In this document: in pieces, positions 37,100 to 49,398 of the stretch
How positions within the stretch are numbered: position 1 is the stretch's first letter
Layout of the letters: each line of letters starts with the position of its first letter
Assembly (NCBI RefSeq): GCF_018350175.1
Contig: NC_058368.1
Coordinates: 220,908,001 to 220,972,000, forward strand
DNA length: 64,000 bases
Direction of reading: 5' to 3'
DNA from: Felis catus
Lineage: Eukaryota
The notes under the pieces: model-generated
Seen by the model: the letters and a program-made list of their open reading frames with translations, nothing else
The model's database searches: none
What the model was told of the DNA's origin: nothing
Position numbers and translations under genes: made by a program

Positions 37100-38892
37100 C
37101 AAAATCAGAGTTCTAACAGGAAATAAGAGTGTGGGAAAGGATGCTGAGTGGGCAACTGGTAACATTCAATGCAAACGATTAGTCTACTGATGTTTGAAGG
37201 ACAAGAAAAAAAGAAACATGTTAATAGGGGGAGAGCCACGAGGACATCGGGTAGAAAGTTTTAATTTGTCAGCATGTAATTAGCACTCCCGGATAAAAGC
37301 ATATACCGATATCTTATGGTCTTCTAGTTCATATAGATGCATGAGATTAGCATAATACAATGACAATAGACACTAATATGATTCACCCTATTCTCCCTAC
37401 TTTGACTTTTATTTAAAGCTCATTGGGTAATCTTCTGGTTGTGATGTGGCTTTTCATATGAATATATCTACAGAAAGGGAATATTCTTTCCAAAACAACA
37501 GTATTTGTATCTCTTATAATGCCTTCTGTTTTCTTCTACCTGTATTGATACTTGTGAGTTTGACTGCATGTATTAACCCTCCTGTGATTGATGATATTTG
37601 TATTATTTTGGCAAAAGAGTTTTGGCACCCTTCTCAGGACCAGATCTTAGGCCCTGAACCAAATGCTCCCTGCAGGTCTTCCTGAGGTACCACCGTCCTC
37701 CTGTTTGGTTGAGTTTTCTTTCTGTTTGTTTTCTTTTTTTTTTTTTTTTCTTTTCTTAATGCTATAATTCACATGTACTTTAGAGATTTTTGTATGGCAA
37801 AGCTTTTTCAATATTTTAATACATCAGTAAATCTTAGATTAGGACCCATGGGGAACCCTTTCACACTAAATTCTGCTTTCTAGTGAATTGTATTAACACA
37901 GATTTCTTCGTATCACGTCTAAATAATTGTTCTAAGCTGAACCCTCTGTGACAAAGATAACCACAACTCAAAAGATATATTTTCAATTATTAAATCACTA
38001 ATGAGTAGTAGAATCTGGAAGATAAATACAAGTGGGCGATTTTAGAACTGTTTTGTTACAGGAAAAAAAAACATTGGATGTATAAATAGGTCTAAATCGT
38101 CTTCTTTTACTGCTCTTTTAGCTTTTGATGCACATGAGAAGAAATATGTAAGTGCTTACAGCCTTTTATTTCTTTCTTGTTCGCATCACTGCTTTAGAGG
38201 CAATACACCACATTATTTTTCAGATCAGTACACTCATGCATTCTCTTCACAGCATACACAACTTACTTTCCGTCTTAATGAGAAAGGCATATCAAACACC
38301 AAGAAATACAGGTGTCACAGCTACAATGACCTGACAGTCTTGGGTCATTATTTCTTTTCTCTCAACTGTTTTATCTGCACTTTTTATATTCTCAAAATAG
38401 AGAGGAGCTATATCTAATATAAATGGATAAAACCCCTCTTCCTTTTTCCACCATAAAGCTTGTATACCAAAATTATTTGTTAGAATTGTCTAATTCTCTC
38501 TCCCCCTCTCTCTCTGTCTGTCTCTGTCTCTCTGTCTCACACACACACATACACACACACACACACTATACATCTATATATCTGGGGATTGCATCCAACT
38601 AGATATTATGCTTCTCAGTAACACTTCATCGGTGAGAATGGCAATGATTAGAACTTCTGTGATTGACATGCTTGGATTCATTCTTTTAGTCATCCATGAA
38701 AAAGGCATGCTTATGATTGTTCATATGAATATCACAATTATCTTCAGGCTTTAGTGAGCTGCCATGAATAAGAGAGCCTAGAATTACATAAGTCAGTAAA
38801 CCTCTGTTTTCCTGATAAAATGCCTTCATTTATGTGGACATTAGGTACGTGTGACCTATGTGATAGTTTCCAAAATAGAAATTGAGTTCGAT

Positions 38893-39239
38893 TGTATTAG
38901 TCTGCTCCCCTGCCATAACAAAATGCCACAGACTGTGTGGCCTAAATACCAGAAATTCATTTTCTCACAGTTCTGGAGCCTAGAAGTCCAAGATCAAGGT
39001 GCCATCTAGATTAACTTCTGCTGAGACCTCTCCTCCTGGCTTGTAAATGGTGGCTTCTCTCTTGGTGCTCACATGGCCTCTTCCTCTTTGTATATGGACA
39101 TCAGTCCTATTGGATTAGAGTCTCACCTTTATGATATAATTATCTCCTTAAAGACCTTATCTCCGATTACATTCACATTGAAGATTAGTGCTTCAGCATA
39201 TGAATTTGGGCAGTGGGGGCATAATTCAGTCCTTAATAC
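38893..39239 (-). mobile_element. MaLR LTR (MLT1A/B-like)
   Basis: tgtattagtctgctc...ccataacaaaatgccacagactg...tctcacagttctggagcctagaagtccaagatcaaggtgcca. Confidence 0.88.
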
Positions 39240-40320
39240 CAATGTTTTGCCAAAGCAATTGGGACCTGTTTAAAAGTGAGTAGTTGAATAGATGGAAACG
39301 TGCTCCTCAGGATATGTTTCCTCTTACATAAAGCAGTATCTAGCTCTGAACTTAACCTGCAATATCTCTGCATCAAAGCCCTTTACACTGTCACCCGGAA
39401 TCATCTCTTCTCTGTAATTTAGTATAATTTGCTTTAAGTGTTCCATGTGAAAAAACACAATAAGTCTACAGCAGTATGATGTGTCATCAAATGACAGTTT
39501 TTAGAATAGCACCCTAAAAAAATTCCCTAGCTGAACTGCCACGTAGCTCTAACTCTGGGCTCAATATCAGTAGTCCAGGTCTAATGGAAAGTGGTTTCTA
39601 AAATACTTCAATCTGTTATAAGATGGGAATTATTATCTTAATACTGTTTTTCTTGAAAGTTACATACTCCGTTTGAGTGCCAGAAAGTCTGGGGTTCTGA
39701 TATAGACTTTCTGGTAGTTTCTTTCAAGAGCAGTGGAATTCCTGGCATCTCAACCTTGTAATACTATGGAGAATATTGCAGAAAATACTGCATGCATAAC
39801 TATTTTAAAAACACTAGCATGAGTTACTGATACCATGGAAATGTGAACTGAAAGATTTATTGGGGTGACAGAAAGGACAAGAGGAGAAATCATTCTAGCA
39901 GATACAAGGCTACACCTTAAAAAGAAGCTTATTTTCTTTTAAGGAACATAAATTGTTATTAAGTTACCTGTGGTTATGTGAGTAGAAAATATGTAGTGAT
40001 CTGTATTGTGATGAATGTAAAATTAAAATGAAGATGTTGAAAAAATATATATCAGCCTATGAAAAGGACTGAATAAGAAAAACATGTATGAACACAAAAT
40101 AAATGTAAAGGGTACTTGACAGAACTTAGTATGTATTCCTGACAAGAATAGAGAATTTCTGTTCTCTCAGTGAAATCAATAGGCTCTTTTACTTTGATGC
40201 AAAAGGAAATAGTAGTGGAATTAAGGGGAAAGATATGTTTTTAAAGGACTAACACTGAAATCAATTTTTTGATAGGGGTTAGAGACAAATAGTATTTACA
40301 GACAAATTTACATAATTTAA

Positions 40321-40530
40321 GGGGAGCCTGGGTGGCTCAGTTGGTTGAGTGTCTGACTATTTCAGCTCAGGTCATGATCTCGTGGTGCGTGAGTTTGAGC
40401 CCTGTGTCGGGCTCTACACTGACACCCCAGAGGCTTCTTGGGATTCTCTCTCTCTTCTTCTCTCATTGCCCCTCCCCTGCTCTCTTTCTTAAAATAAATA
40501 AATTTTAAAAATATATATAATTTAAAAAAC
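40321..40530 (+). mobile_element. CAN-SINE
   Basis: ggggagcctgggtggctcagttggttgagtgtctgac. Confidence 0.9.
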
Positions 40531-40793
40531 AACTGAAGGAACCAGTATGGACTAAGTTTGTTGGATACAAAATTAATATTCATAAAATTATGGTCAATTA
40601 AAATAGTGAATGGACAAATATAATTCATAAAGTCCTTTTGGGGAGAATAGGGAGAAATAAAACTTTACTAAGAAATATAAAGAGCATATAGGAAAAAAGG
40701 TAAAACCTTCCTAAATATTAATGAAGAAAACTTGAATATATGGATACTAAGTTTTTAGATGTTTAGATGTCACTTAAAATTATCCAAATTGTA

Positions 40794-41004
40794 GGGGCGC
40801 CTGGGTGGCGCAGTCGGTTAAGCGTCCGACTTCAGCCAGGTCACGATCTCGCGGTCCGTGAGTTCGAGCCCCGCGTCAGGCTCTGGGCTGATGGCTCAGA
40901 GCCTGGAGCCTGTTTCCGATTCTGTGTCTCCCTCTCTCTCTGCCCCTCCCCCGTTCATGCTCTGTCTCTCTCTGTCTCAAAAATAAATAAACGTTAAAAA
41001 AAAA
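40794..41004 (+). mobile_element. Young feline SINE (SINEC_Fc type)
   Basis: TSD tatccaaattgta 40781-40793 and 41005-41017; CpG-rich. Confidence 0.97.
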
Positions 41005-42328
41005 TATCCAAATTGTAAGTATTGCAGATTTAATCTCTAAATTATAAGTGATTTCCATTAAGTGTCAATAAAAATTCTTATTAAAAAGAATAAACAGAAA
41101 TTGTTAAGAAATACATATAAACCTTTGAATAGCAAAGAATTCTGTATTATAATTTAAAAATACATTGATAATATTCTATAGTAATGAAAGATATTAATAA
41201 TGGAGAATTGAGTAAGGGGCATGAAGGGTTTAGGAAACTATACTGTCTTTGCAAATATAAAATCATGCCCTAAGAGGTTTATTTGAAAATGTGTTATAAT
41301 TCTTCAATAAGCTCAGTGAATAAGTACTGAAATAGAAATACTGTGGTGGCAAAAAAAAAATAATAAGTCACAAGTTCTAGAATACAGAAGACATGATTAC
41401 ATAATAAGTATACCATCTAAACAAGTAAGGAGACAACAGAGTAGTAATTGTGTTAAGCAATTAATCACTTGGAATTAATTGGAGAAATATTCTCTTAACA
41501 TGTCAAAATTAACTTTAAAATAAATTTAAAATTCTAGTATATAAATGAGGCCATATCAACAGCATAATCAAATGTAGGTAATATTTTATTAGGTTTTAGG
41601 ATGTAGGAGATTTTCTAAGGAGAAAGTCATGAATGGAGGTTGTGAGGAAAAGACAGTCATTCTCAGAAGCATTTTGTCATTTTATGTCCAAGCTTTGACA
41701 GTATTTCTTCTAATTTATCTGGTAATTTTAATTTCGCAATTTATCCTCAGTAAAAATATCCATCATATAGTTATTTTATACTGAAATAGCTAAGCATTCT
41801 AGAATAGAGGAATAGATAAGTAAGTCATGAAACAGTAGACTGTTATACAGCCATCAAATTAGTAGTCTAAAAATATATTTCATAACAAAGCAAATATATA
41901 AAATTTGTATATGTGTACATTATATATACATATATACTATGTAATGTCAATAAATATATTTTTTGATAAATTATATGGCATAAAACTTGTGTTTTACTTA
42001 ATAGTGTATCATATTATGTAAAACAGTTGCCCTATTTATATAACATATATACCTATAATTTTATAGACATATTGCATGTGTGTATGTATATAAGATTTTT
42101 AAATAAAACCTTTATTGGGTTTATGAATGTTTTATGAATAATGTTTATTCTTTTTGGTCAAATTTTCTATATATTTGTTATTTTTAAAAGAAAAGAACAC
42201 AAAATGCTGTGTTTACTTGAAAGAGATAGTATAAAACCTCAATCTGTGTCTTCTCCTCCTTTACTTCCTTTTATTATCCCCACAGCCACTGTATTGTGGC
42301 TAGGTGACTGACATCCCCTGCCAATCTA

Positions 42329-42335
42329 GCACGCA

Positions 42336-42398
<63 letters not shown>

Positions 42399-42400
42399 AC
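42329..42400. repeat. (CG)n-(CA)n alternating purine-pyrimidine tract
   Basis: gcacgcacgtgcgcgcgcgcacacac... Confidence 0.9.
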
Positions 42401-42760
42401 TGGCAGGGCAAGGTGCTTTTTTGTCCAGTGGTTTGTAGGTTTCTAGTCTAGTGCTTTCTACCTCATGCATACCATACTGCACATGACTTGTGAAAGGTGC
42501 TATGTATAAGAATTTGAACAATGAGTGAGTGAAAGCAAAGTTACTTCCCATGTGTCAATTACATAGAATCATCCTAGGATGTTTTTAAAAGGCAGAACAA
42601 ACTTTGCAAAGAAATCAAAGCATGAGTAAATCCAAAGAGCAGAGAAGTATTCAGTGTTTAATGTAAATTCAGATCTCAAGCTCACTTTAATTAACTATCT
42701 ATGGTTGAGTATCCATTATTAATCTTTAAAAATCAATAAAAGAACATCAGAAATAGCAGA

Positions 42761-42977
42761 GTGGCACCCGGGTGGCTCAGTCAGTTAAGCATCTGACTCT
42801 GGGTTTTGGCTCAGGTCATGATCTCTTGGTTCTTGGGATGGAGTCCCACATCAGTCTCTGGCCTGACAGCAGGGAGCCTGCTTGGAATTCTCTTTCTCTC
42901 CCTCTCTCTCTCCCCCTTCCACTTCCTGCTGTATCTTTCTCTCTTTCTCAAAAATAAATAAGTAAACTTAAAAGAAA
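42761..42977 (+). mobile_element. CAN-SINE
   Basis: TSD agaaatagcaga 42749-42760 and 42978-42989. Confidence 0.93.
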
Positions 42978-43069
42978 AGAAATAGCAGAAAATGTGCTGG
43001 ACAGGACGCAGTAACTTAAGAAAAAATGGGAAGTTTAACCCTAGTTTTTATTAAAATTTTACAAATATA

Positions 43070-43101
43070 GTGCTCGCTTCGGCAGCACATATACTAAAAT
43101 T
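43070..43101 (+). pseudogene. U6: 3'-truncated (tailless) U6 snRNA retropseudogene, U6 nt 1-32
   Basis: gtgctcgcttcggcagcacatatactaaaatt matches the vertebrate U6 5' end; TSD (t)aaaattttacaaatata 43052-43069 and 43095-43112. Confidence 0.97.
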
Positions 43102-43453
43102 TTACAAATATAATATTGAAACACATTGTGAAACAGCAAGAAAAACCTGAAGCAATTGTTAGAGTCACACAAGTGTTTTCTAATAAATCCGTTTATTTTT
43201 TCATAAAATTATTAGACCACAACATCCAAAGGAACATTCCTATCGTGGTACAGGATGCAGTGACAATTGCTATCCTATCTGTTACCCCTGACACGCCATT
43301 TGGGATTCATGGAAATCATCAACTAATTGTGTTTGAAATCCTTCTAGATGAGCATACAGACCCTGTTCTTTTTTCTTTTCCTTTTTTTTTTAAGCTGGCG
43401 TATAAAATATTTGCTATCTCTTAGGCTTATTGCATTTTTTCCAAAATCTTTTT

Positions 43454-43663
43454 AAAAAAATTTTTTAACGTTTATTATTGAGAGACAGACACAGAGCGTG
43501 AGCAGGGGAGGGGTAGAGAGAGGGGGAGACACGGAATCTGAAGTAGGCTCCAGGCTCCGAGCTGTCAGCACAGAGCCCGATGTGAGGCTCGAACTTACAA
43601 ACTGTGAGATCATGACCTGAGCTGAAGTCGGACACCCAACCGACTGAGACACCCAGGTGCCCC
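43454..43663 (-). mobile_element. CAN-SINE
   Basis: TSD-like tccaaaa(t/c)ctttt. Confidence 0.93.
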
Positions 43664-44584
43664 TCCAAAACCTTTTTAATATCCTACACCTGACATTCCC
43701 CTGTGTTGGGTTGACAAGGTTAAATTAAACAGAAGTCTCACCTTCAGTGGCCTCAGCATCTATTCAGGAGCCAAGGAAACAATTAGCTGAAAGGTGTTTC
43801 AAAGAATATGTTATTATGATAAAGTAAAAGGGAAAAACAACATTTATTTTCTCCTTCATTCCTTCTTTTTTTTAATCATTTGTCTGTATTCCACTTTGAT
43901 TCTATTTGTAGTTTCTACTAACATTTAATTAACTATAGTGTCATGAACTATACTGTATTTTACAAGAAAGGAGACCCTCTATGCTGAGAGTGGGGGAAGG
44001 GAAACAAAGAAGTGATGTTTCAACTTTAAGGGAAAAAAATGAATCACAGAAGATCTCAAATGAAGATTTCTGAGATGCTGTTATATTCTGTTGTAATGGA
44101 AACCATTACATTCAAAGTTTAAAATGTTTTTGTTCTATAATCAAAACAAATCTTTCAATTAGGTACTATGATACTCTTTTTTTAACAGAAGTAATCCAGG
44201 ATTCAAAGAAGTTATATTTGAAATTGTAATGAAATAAATTGTATTACTACTCGTGCATATCATGTGTAGTGAATGGCCGAGTCCAAAGTTTAGCATTTCC
44301 CCATGAAATCACAGCTGCTGTGAAAATCTTTGCTATTATACTTGGGAGGGGGACTTCTCATCATATCCTGGTGAAAAGATACTGAAATGTGAGCTAGACA
44401 ATATTACTGTGAGCTAACATGGTATCTAGTGGGTTTAACAGAGACTAAACACAGATCCATGTAAAAAATGAAGAACGTGCAACTGAATCATATTTTTTTC
44501 TGTCCTAGTCAAAAACTGCATATGTGGATATTTTTGTATTTACATTTAAAATGTTATATGTTTAGCTATACAAGTGTAATTTAT

Positions 44585-44668
44585 TTTTTTTAGTTTTTAA
44601 AGTTTATTTATTTTCAGAGAGGGAAAGAGAGAGAGCTAGCAAGCACGGGAGGGAGGGAGGGAGGGAGG

Positions 44669-44740
<72 letters not shown>

Positions 44741-44868
44741 CTCAACCAGGTTCAATGCTGTCAGCGCAGATCCCAACACACGGCTAGATCCCCAGACCCA
44801 CCCATGAGATCATGACCTGAGCTGAAATCAAGTGTTGGGCATTTAACCGTCTAAGCCACCCAGGCACC
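44585..44868 (-). mobile_element. CAN-SINE with long (GA)n
   Basis: ends ctaagccacccaggcacc. Confidence 0.9.
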
Positions 44869-45589
44869 TACACACATGTAATTTTAAAACATTTCAGGAC
44901 CTTATTGACTTTCCTGTAAGTTATACATGAGCTGTTGCTAAGAAAAACAACAAATAAACAAAATCTAAGTCAGTCCTAAAAGGTTTTAATAAATACCATG
45001 TCTAATTAAAAGAAGATGGAATTCATTGCAGTGATCAGTCTACCCATTGTATTTTTAGGTCTAGGCATCACAGCTTGAACGGCATGAACAGTTTTGTCCA
45101 ATGGAGAACCAGAAGGATGTTTTGTGATCTGGAAACTGACTCTGATAAATGGTGGGGAGACTGAAACCATGGAACAGGAAGGAACAGTGTAATGGGGAAA
45201 AAGTGCACAGAGAGAAGAGACAAATCTTACATTTTGACAATGACTAAAAAATACTAGCCAATGGTTTTTAAGAACCTTATAATGCCCCCAGAGGTAAATA
45301 TCATGCTCAGAGGGATTAAATAATTTTCCTGAGTGTCACAAAAAAAGTTAAATGACTTTTTTAATCTTACAAAAAGGTTTTTCAGATTGTGTATCTTTGG
45401 ACTTTCAGTCCACCCCTCTTTCCACCATACTATTGTGGTTCTTGTGATACATTCTTCTTTTTTCCCTGAATATGTATATATACATATATGTGTGTGTATA
45501 GTCATATGATATAGATGAGGTAAAATAATTTCCTGCAAGTATATGCATATAATATATATATTTGAAGTTGAATATATATGCATATATAT

Positions 45590-45827
45590 ATGTGTATATA
45601 TGAGAAAGAGAGAGAGAACAGGGGAGAGAGGCGGGGGGGAAGAGAGAAAGAGGGAGGGGAAGGGAGAGAGGGAGAGAGGGAGAGAGAGAGAGAGAGAGAG
45701 AGAATATATCTCAAGCAGGCTCCCTGTGTGGAGCCCAATGCAGGACTTGATCCCACAATCCTGGGATCATGAACTGAGCTGAAATCAAGAGTTGGATACT
45801 CAACCAACTGAGCCACCCAGGTGGCCC
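45590..45827 (-). mobile_element. CAN-SINE
   Basis: gagctgaaatcaagagttggatactcaaccaactgagccacccagg. Confidence 0.9.
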
Positions 45828-45909
45828 ATATAATTTACTATATTATACACATTAAGTATATAATGAAGTATAAAAATATATAATAGACTATATTATCCAC
45901 CTTTATACA

Positions 45910-46421
45910 CCGTAGTTTTTCTTCCTCAGGAGAACTCTGTATATATAAAGATGAAATATATCTGTTTATATATAGAGAGAGAGTAAGAGGGAGAGAAAAA
46001 TTGTAAGGACCTGACTCATATGATTATGGTGGCTAAGTCCCGTGATCTGCTATCTATAAACTGGAGACCCATGAAAGCTAGTGATGTACTTTCAGTTTGA
46101 GTCTGAAGGCCTGACAACAGGAGTACCAATAGTGTATGTGATATTCTGAGGGCAAGGAGAGACTGTTGTCCCAGATTAAGCCATCAAAGAGAGATAATTT
46201 TCTCTTCCTCTGCCTTTTTACTTTCTTTAGGCTTTCAATGGATTGGATGGTGGTCCTAAGAATTAGAGAGACAACCTGCTTAACTGCTTTACCCAGTGTA
46301 TTGATTTAAATGCTAATCTCTTCTGGAAACATTTTCACAGATACACTCAGAAATACTATTTAACCAGATATCTGAGTATCACATGGCCAAGTCAAGTTGA
46401 CATGTAAAATTAACCATCACA
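45910..46421 (-). mobile_element. ERVL LTR (MLT2D-like)
   Basis: ctggagacccatgaaagctagtgatgt...aatgctaatctcttctggaaaca...caagttgacatgtaaaattaaccatcaca. Confidence 0.85.
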
Positions 46422-46840
46422 TTGTAGAATTTAATGAAATATATTTTATTATATTTATTTGTACCCATGAATTTGCTCATAGTCTGTGTGTCATTGACGA
46501 ATCAAAATCATGTTGTATTTCTGCTCTGATGCAAATTCCCAAACCCTATCACTTCCAAGTTAGCTCCTGATATATGGACAGTATTTTTAATTAAATATTA
46601 TCTGAATAGAACTGAATATTTGCAAGCTAAGTAAGATTTTTGGCATGTACCTGTCCAGTTTGAATCTCATGTGTTATTCTAATTAATTCAGTCTTGTTTT
46701 GAGTGCAGGGTTCTTGCAATTTATACAAGTAATCCCTGTGGAGCCAAAAATATGGACAGTGTTCTTTGTTATGTATTTCCATTTAATGTGAGAAAGTGTC
46801 TTCCAATTTTAATCATTTTTATATTGCTGTCCATAATTAC

Positions 46841-47170
46841 TTCGTTTTAATATTGGAAAAGGACATCGAAGATATACTCTGAATGGACTGTGTACCTGTA
46901 ACATGGATATCATCTTTGTAAGGGTTCTGCAAACAAGTATTTTCCTGGTACATTAAACATAATGTAGCTTGCCACATATCCACAGTAAGCTGACGACCAC
47001 AGGTACTGTGATGGCCATATGGATACTGCTTAAGCCCAGCATTTTCCACCACACAAGTCTTTATCCAAGTGTTCTCATTCCACCTTATGCGCCCATTCCA
47101 GAACCTCTGTAATTCCAAATGTTTGAAACCAGGTCATGGTGAAGGTTCTCTTAGGATATTGCTTAATATT
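46841..47170 (-). pseudogene. Candidate coding exon A, 330 nt, phase 2/2, one in-frame TGA; product not recognised
   Basis: Minus strand: tatcttccctttag|AAT...CGAA|gtaatt; 110 codons ILSNILREPSP*PGFKHLELQRFWNGRIRWNENTWIKTCVV...SNIKT; ORF 46837-47118 ends at the donor. Confidence 0.35.
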
Positions 47171-48206
47171 CTAAAGGGAAGATACGTATTAGTCATATAT
47201 GCTAGAATACTAGAGATCGTCTGTGGCGTTAATGTAATTGTGTATAGGGTTATTTTTACTGGACTATCCCCTCCTTTCTTTTTAAAAATATTTCTTTTAA
47301 TTTAGGTTGTGAATATTTTTCACAGCTCTGGTTCCAAAGCAGACTATATTATTGCACTTTGAAATCAATCATTTAACACCTGCTCCAAAAGTAAATAAAT
47401 GGTAATTGGCAGTTTTGTTATCATTCAAAACACCCACTTCCTAATTAATTCAGGGTGAGATTCTCAGTTATCATTGAATACTAACCCAAGTGCCAACAGC
47501 CTTAAAAATATGAGATTTTCAGCAGTTAATAGCATAGAGCATTCTGCCTTCATTGACAGTATTTGTGTTTATGTGTTATGGTTTTATATAAAGTTATGCA
47601 ACATCGTATCATTTTTGGCACTCTTTTTTCATCCAGTGCAAGAAGAAAATGTTTCTTCCATTTGCTTTTCTTGAGAAATTCCCTTTCAGTGGGATAATTA
47701 CACACTCCTCTGATTTCCAGTGATGAGAAAAACACTCAGGTTGACAGATGGTATTATTGGTTATTGAGAAAAGAATATAATAGAAATGTTCCATCCCTGC
47801 AGGATCCACTATTAGTTGGCCCATGGATTCAAAAATCTACACAAGATGAGTTAAAAGTGGAGGTAAAAAGAGTTCCTAGTCCAAATTATTTACTACTATT
47901 TTTATTTGAAAGCTGGGAGAATAATTTACATATGCATGCAATTCTATAATCAGTTTTGTAAATTATTTTATATCCTTATACCCAGATAAGTTATTTGGAT
48001 ATTTTATAGTATTTATATAGAGCTTTATATCTTGACAGCATTTCCATATCTACTACCTCACTTAATTCTCATGAAATTCCTTACAGCTTTTGGTACTCCC
48101 ATGCAACAAACTGGGCAAGTGTATGTAGGAGTGAACAATTCAGTCAACGTCACATAGTTGGAAACCTCAAGGGTTACCTGTACCTTTGATTGAGTCGCCT
48201 ATACTT

Positions 48207-48267
48207 AAAAAAAGATAATGTTTATTTATTTTTGAGAGAGAGACAGAGTGAGAGCGGGGAAGGGACA

Positions 48268-48320
<53 letters not shown>

Positions 48321-48446
48321 TCTGGAACAGGCTTCAGGCTCTAAGCTGCCAGCACAGAGCCCCATGTGGGGCTCAGACCCACAAACTGTGAGGGCATGAC
48401 CCCATCCAAAGTCTGAGTCTCAACAAGCTGAGCCACCCACTTGCCC
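48207..48446 (-). mobile_element. CAN-SINE with internal (CA)n expansion
   Basis: tttatttatttttgagagag...(CA)n...gagccacccacttgccc. Confidence 0.88.
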
Positions 48447-48469
48447 TAATTGCCTGTACTTCTGATTGA

Positions 48470-48780
48470 GGGACTGCATATCAGGTTCTCAAGACCAACT
48501 CTTTGATAACTTGCTAGAATACCTCACAGAACTGAGGAAAGTGCTTTATTTATTGTTTCCAGTTTATTAAAAAGAATACAACTCACGAACAAAAAAATAC
48601 ATAGGGCAAGGTACATAGGGCAAGCTGGGGTGGGGAGCTTCCACTCATTTTCATCCCAGAAGCTCTATGAATCTAGTTGTTTAGGGGGCCTTATGGAGAT
48701 TTAATTACATAGACATATTGATTAAATCATTGGCCATTGGTGATCAACTCCATCTCTAGCCGTTTCCTTCTCCACAGAGG
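48470..48780 (-). mobile_element. MER21-like LTR fragment
   Basis: ttgctagaatacctcacagaactgaggaaagtgctttatttattg...cattggccattggtgatcaactc. Confidence 0.7.
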
Positions 48781-48839
48781 CTAATGAAGACATTGAGGCT
48801 TAGAAGAGGCAAGTATCTTATTCTTAGTTAACTAGCTAG

Positions 48840-49339
48840 ACTCTTCAATAAATGGTACTGGATATTTATGTGCAACACACATATCTGTACCCTTCCTCAA
48901 AACTCCCCCCAAAATAACTCAAAATGGATCATAGACCAAAATATCAGAGCTGAAAATTATAAAATTCTTAGGAGGCAACATAGGAGTAAATCTTCATGAG
49001 CTTTTAGGTAGGCAAAGACTTCATAGACATGATACCAAAAGAAAAAAAACAAAAGAAAAAAATAGGCAAATTGTGTTTCAGAAGAATAAAAATATTAATG
49101 CATCAAAGGACACTAACAGGAAAGTGAACAGACAACTGCTGGTATCAGAAAAAAATATTTTCAAATCAGGTGTATGAGAAGTATATGCAGGATGTAAAAC
49201 TTCTTAAAACTTGGGGATACCTGGGTGGCTTAGTCGGTTAAGCATTCAACTCTTGATTTCAGCTCAGTTCACCATCTCATGGTTCATGGGATTGATCCCT
49301 GTGTTGGGATCCATGCTGACAGTGTGGAGCCTGCTTGGG

Positions 49340-49398
<59 letters not shown>

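Larger units (their letters stand above)
39850..41950 (+). mobile_element. Highly decayed L1M ORF2/3' remnants with two SINE insertions
   Basis: A-rich; gaaaacttgaatatatggat, attgcagatttaat, ttcttcaataag motifs. Confidence 0.45.

Noticed and set aside
43116..43424. 102-aa + strand ORF directly after the U6 fragment (possible U6-mRNA chimera)
   Set aside because: It lies outside the TSD, starts at TTG, and has no poly-A or recognisable product.
46841..47010. TCGRQL...ENTCL resemblance to the EYS N-terminus or an EGF repeat
   Set aside because: Cysteine spacing and surrounding residues do not fit; treated as coincidence.
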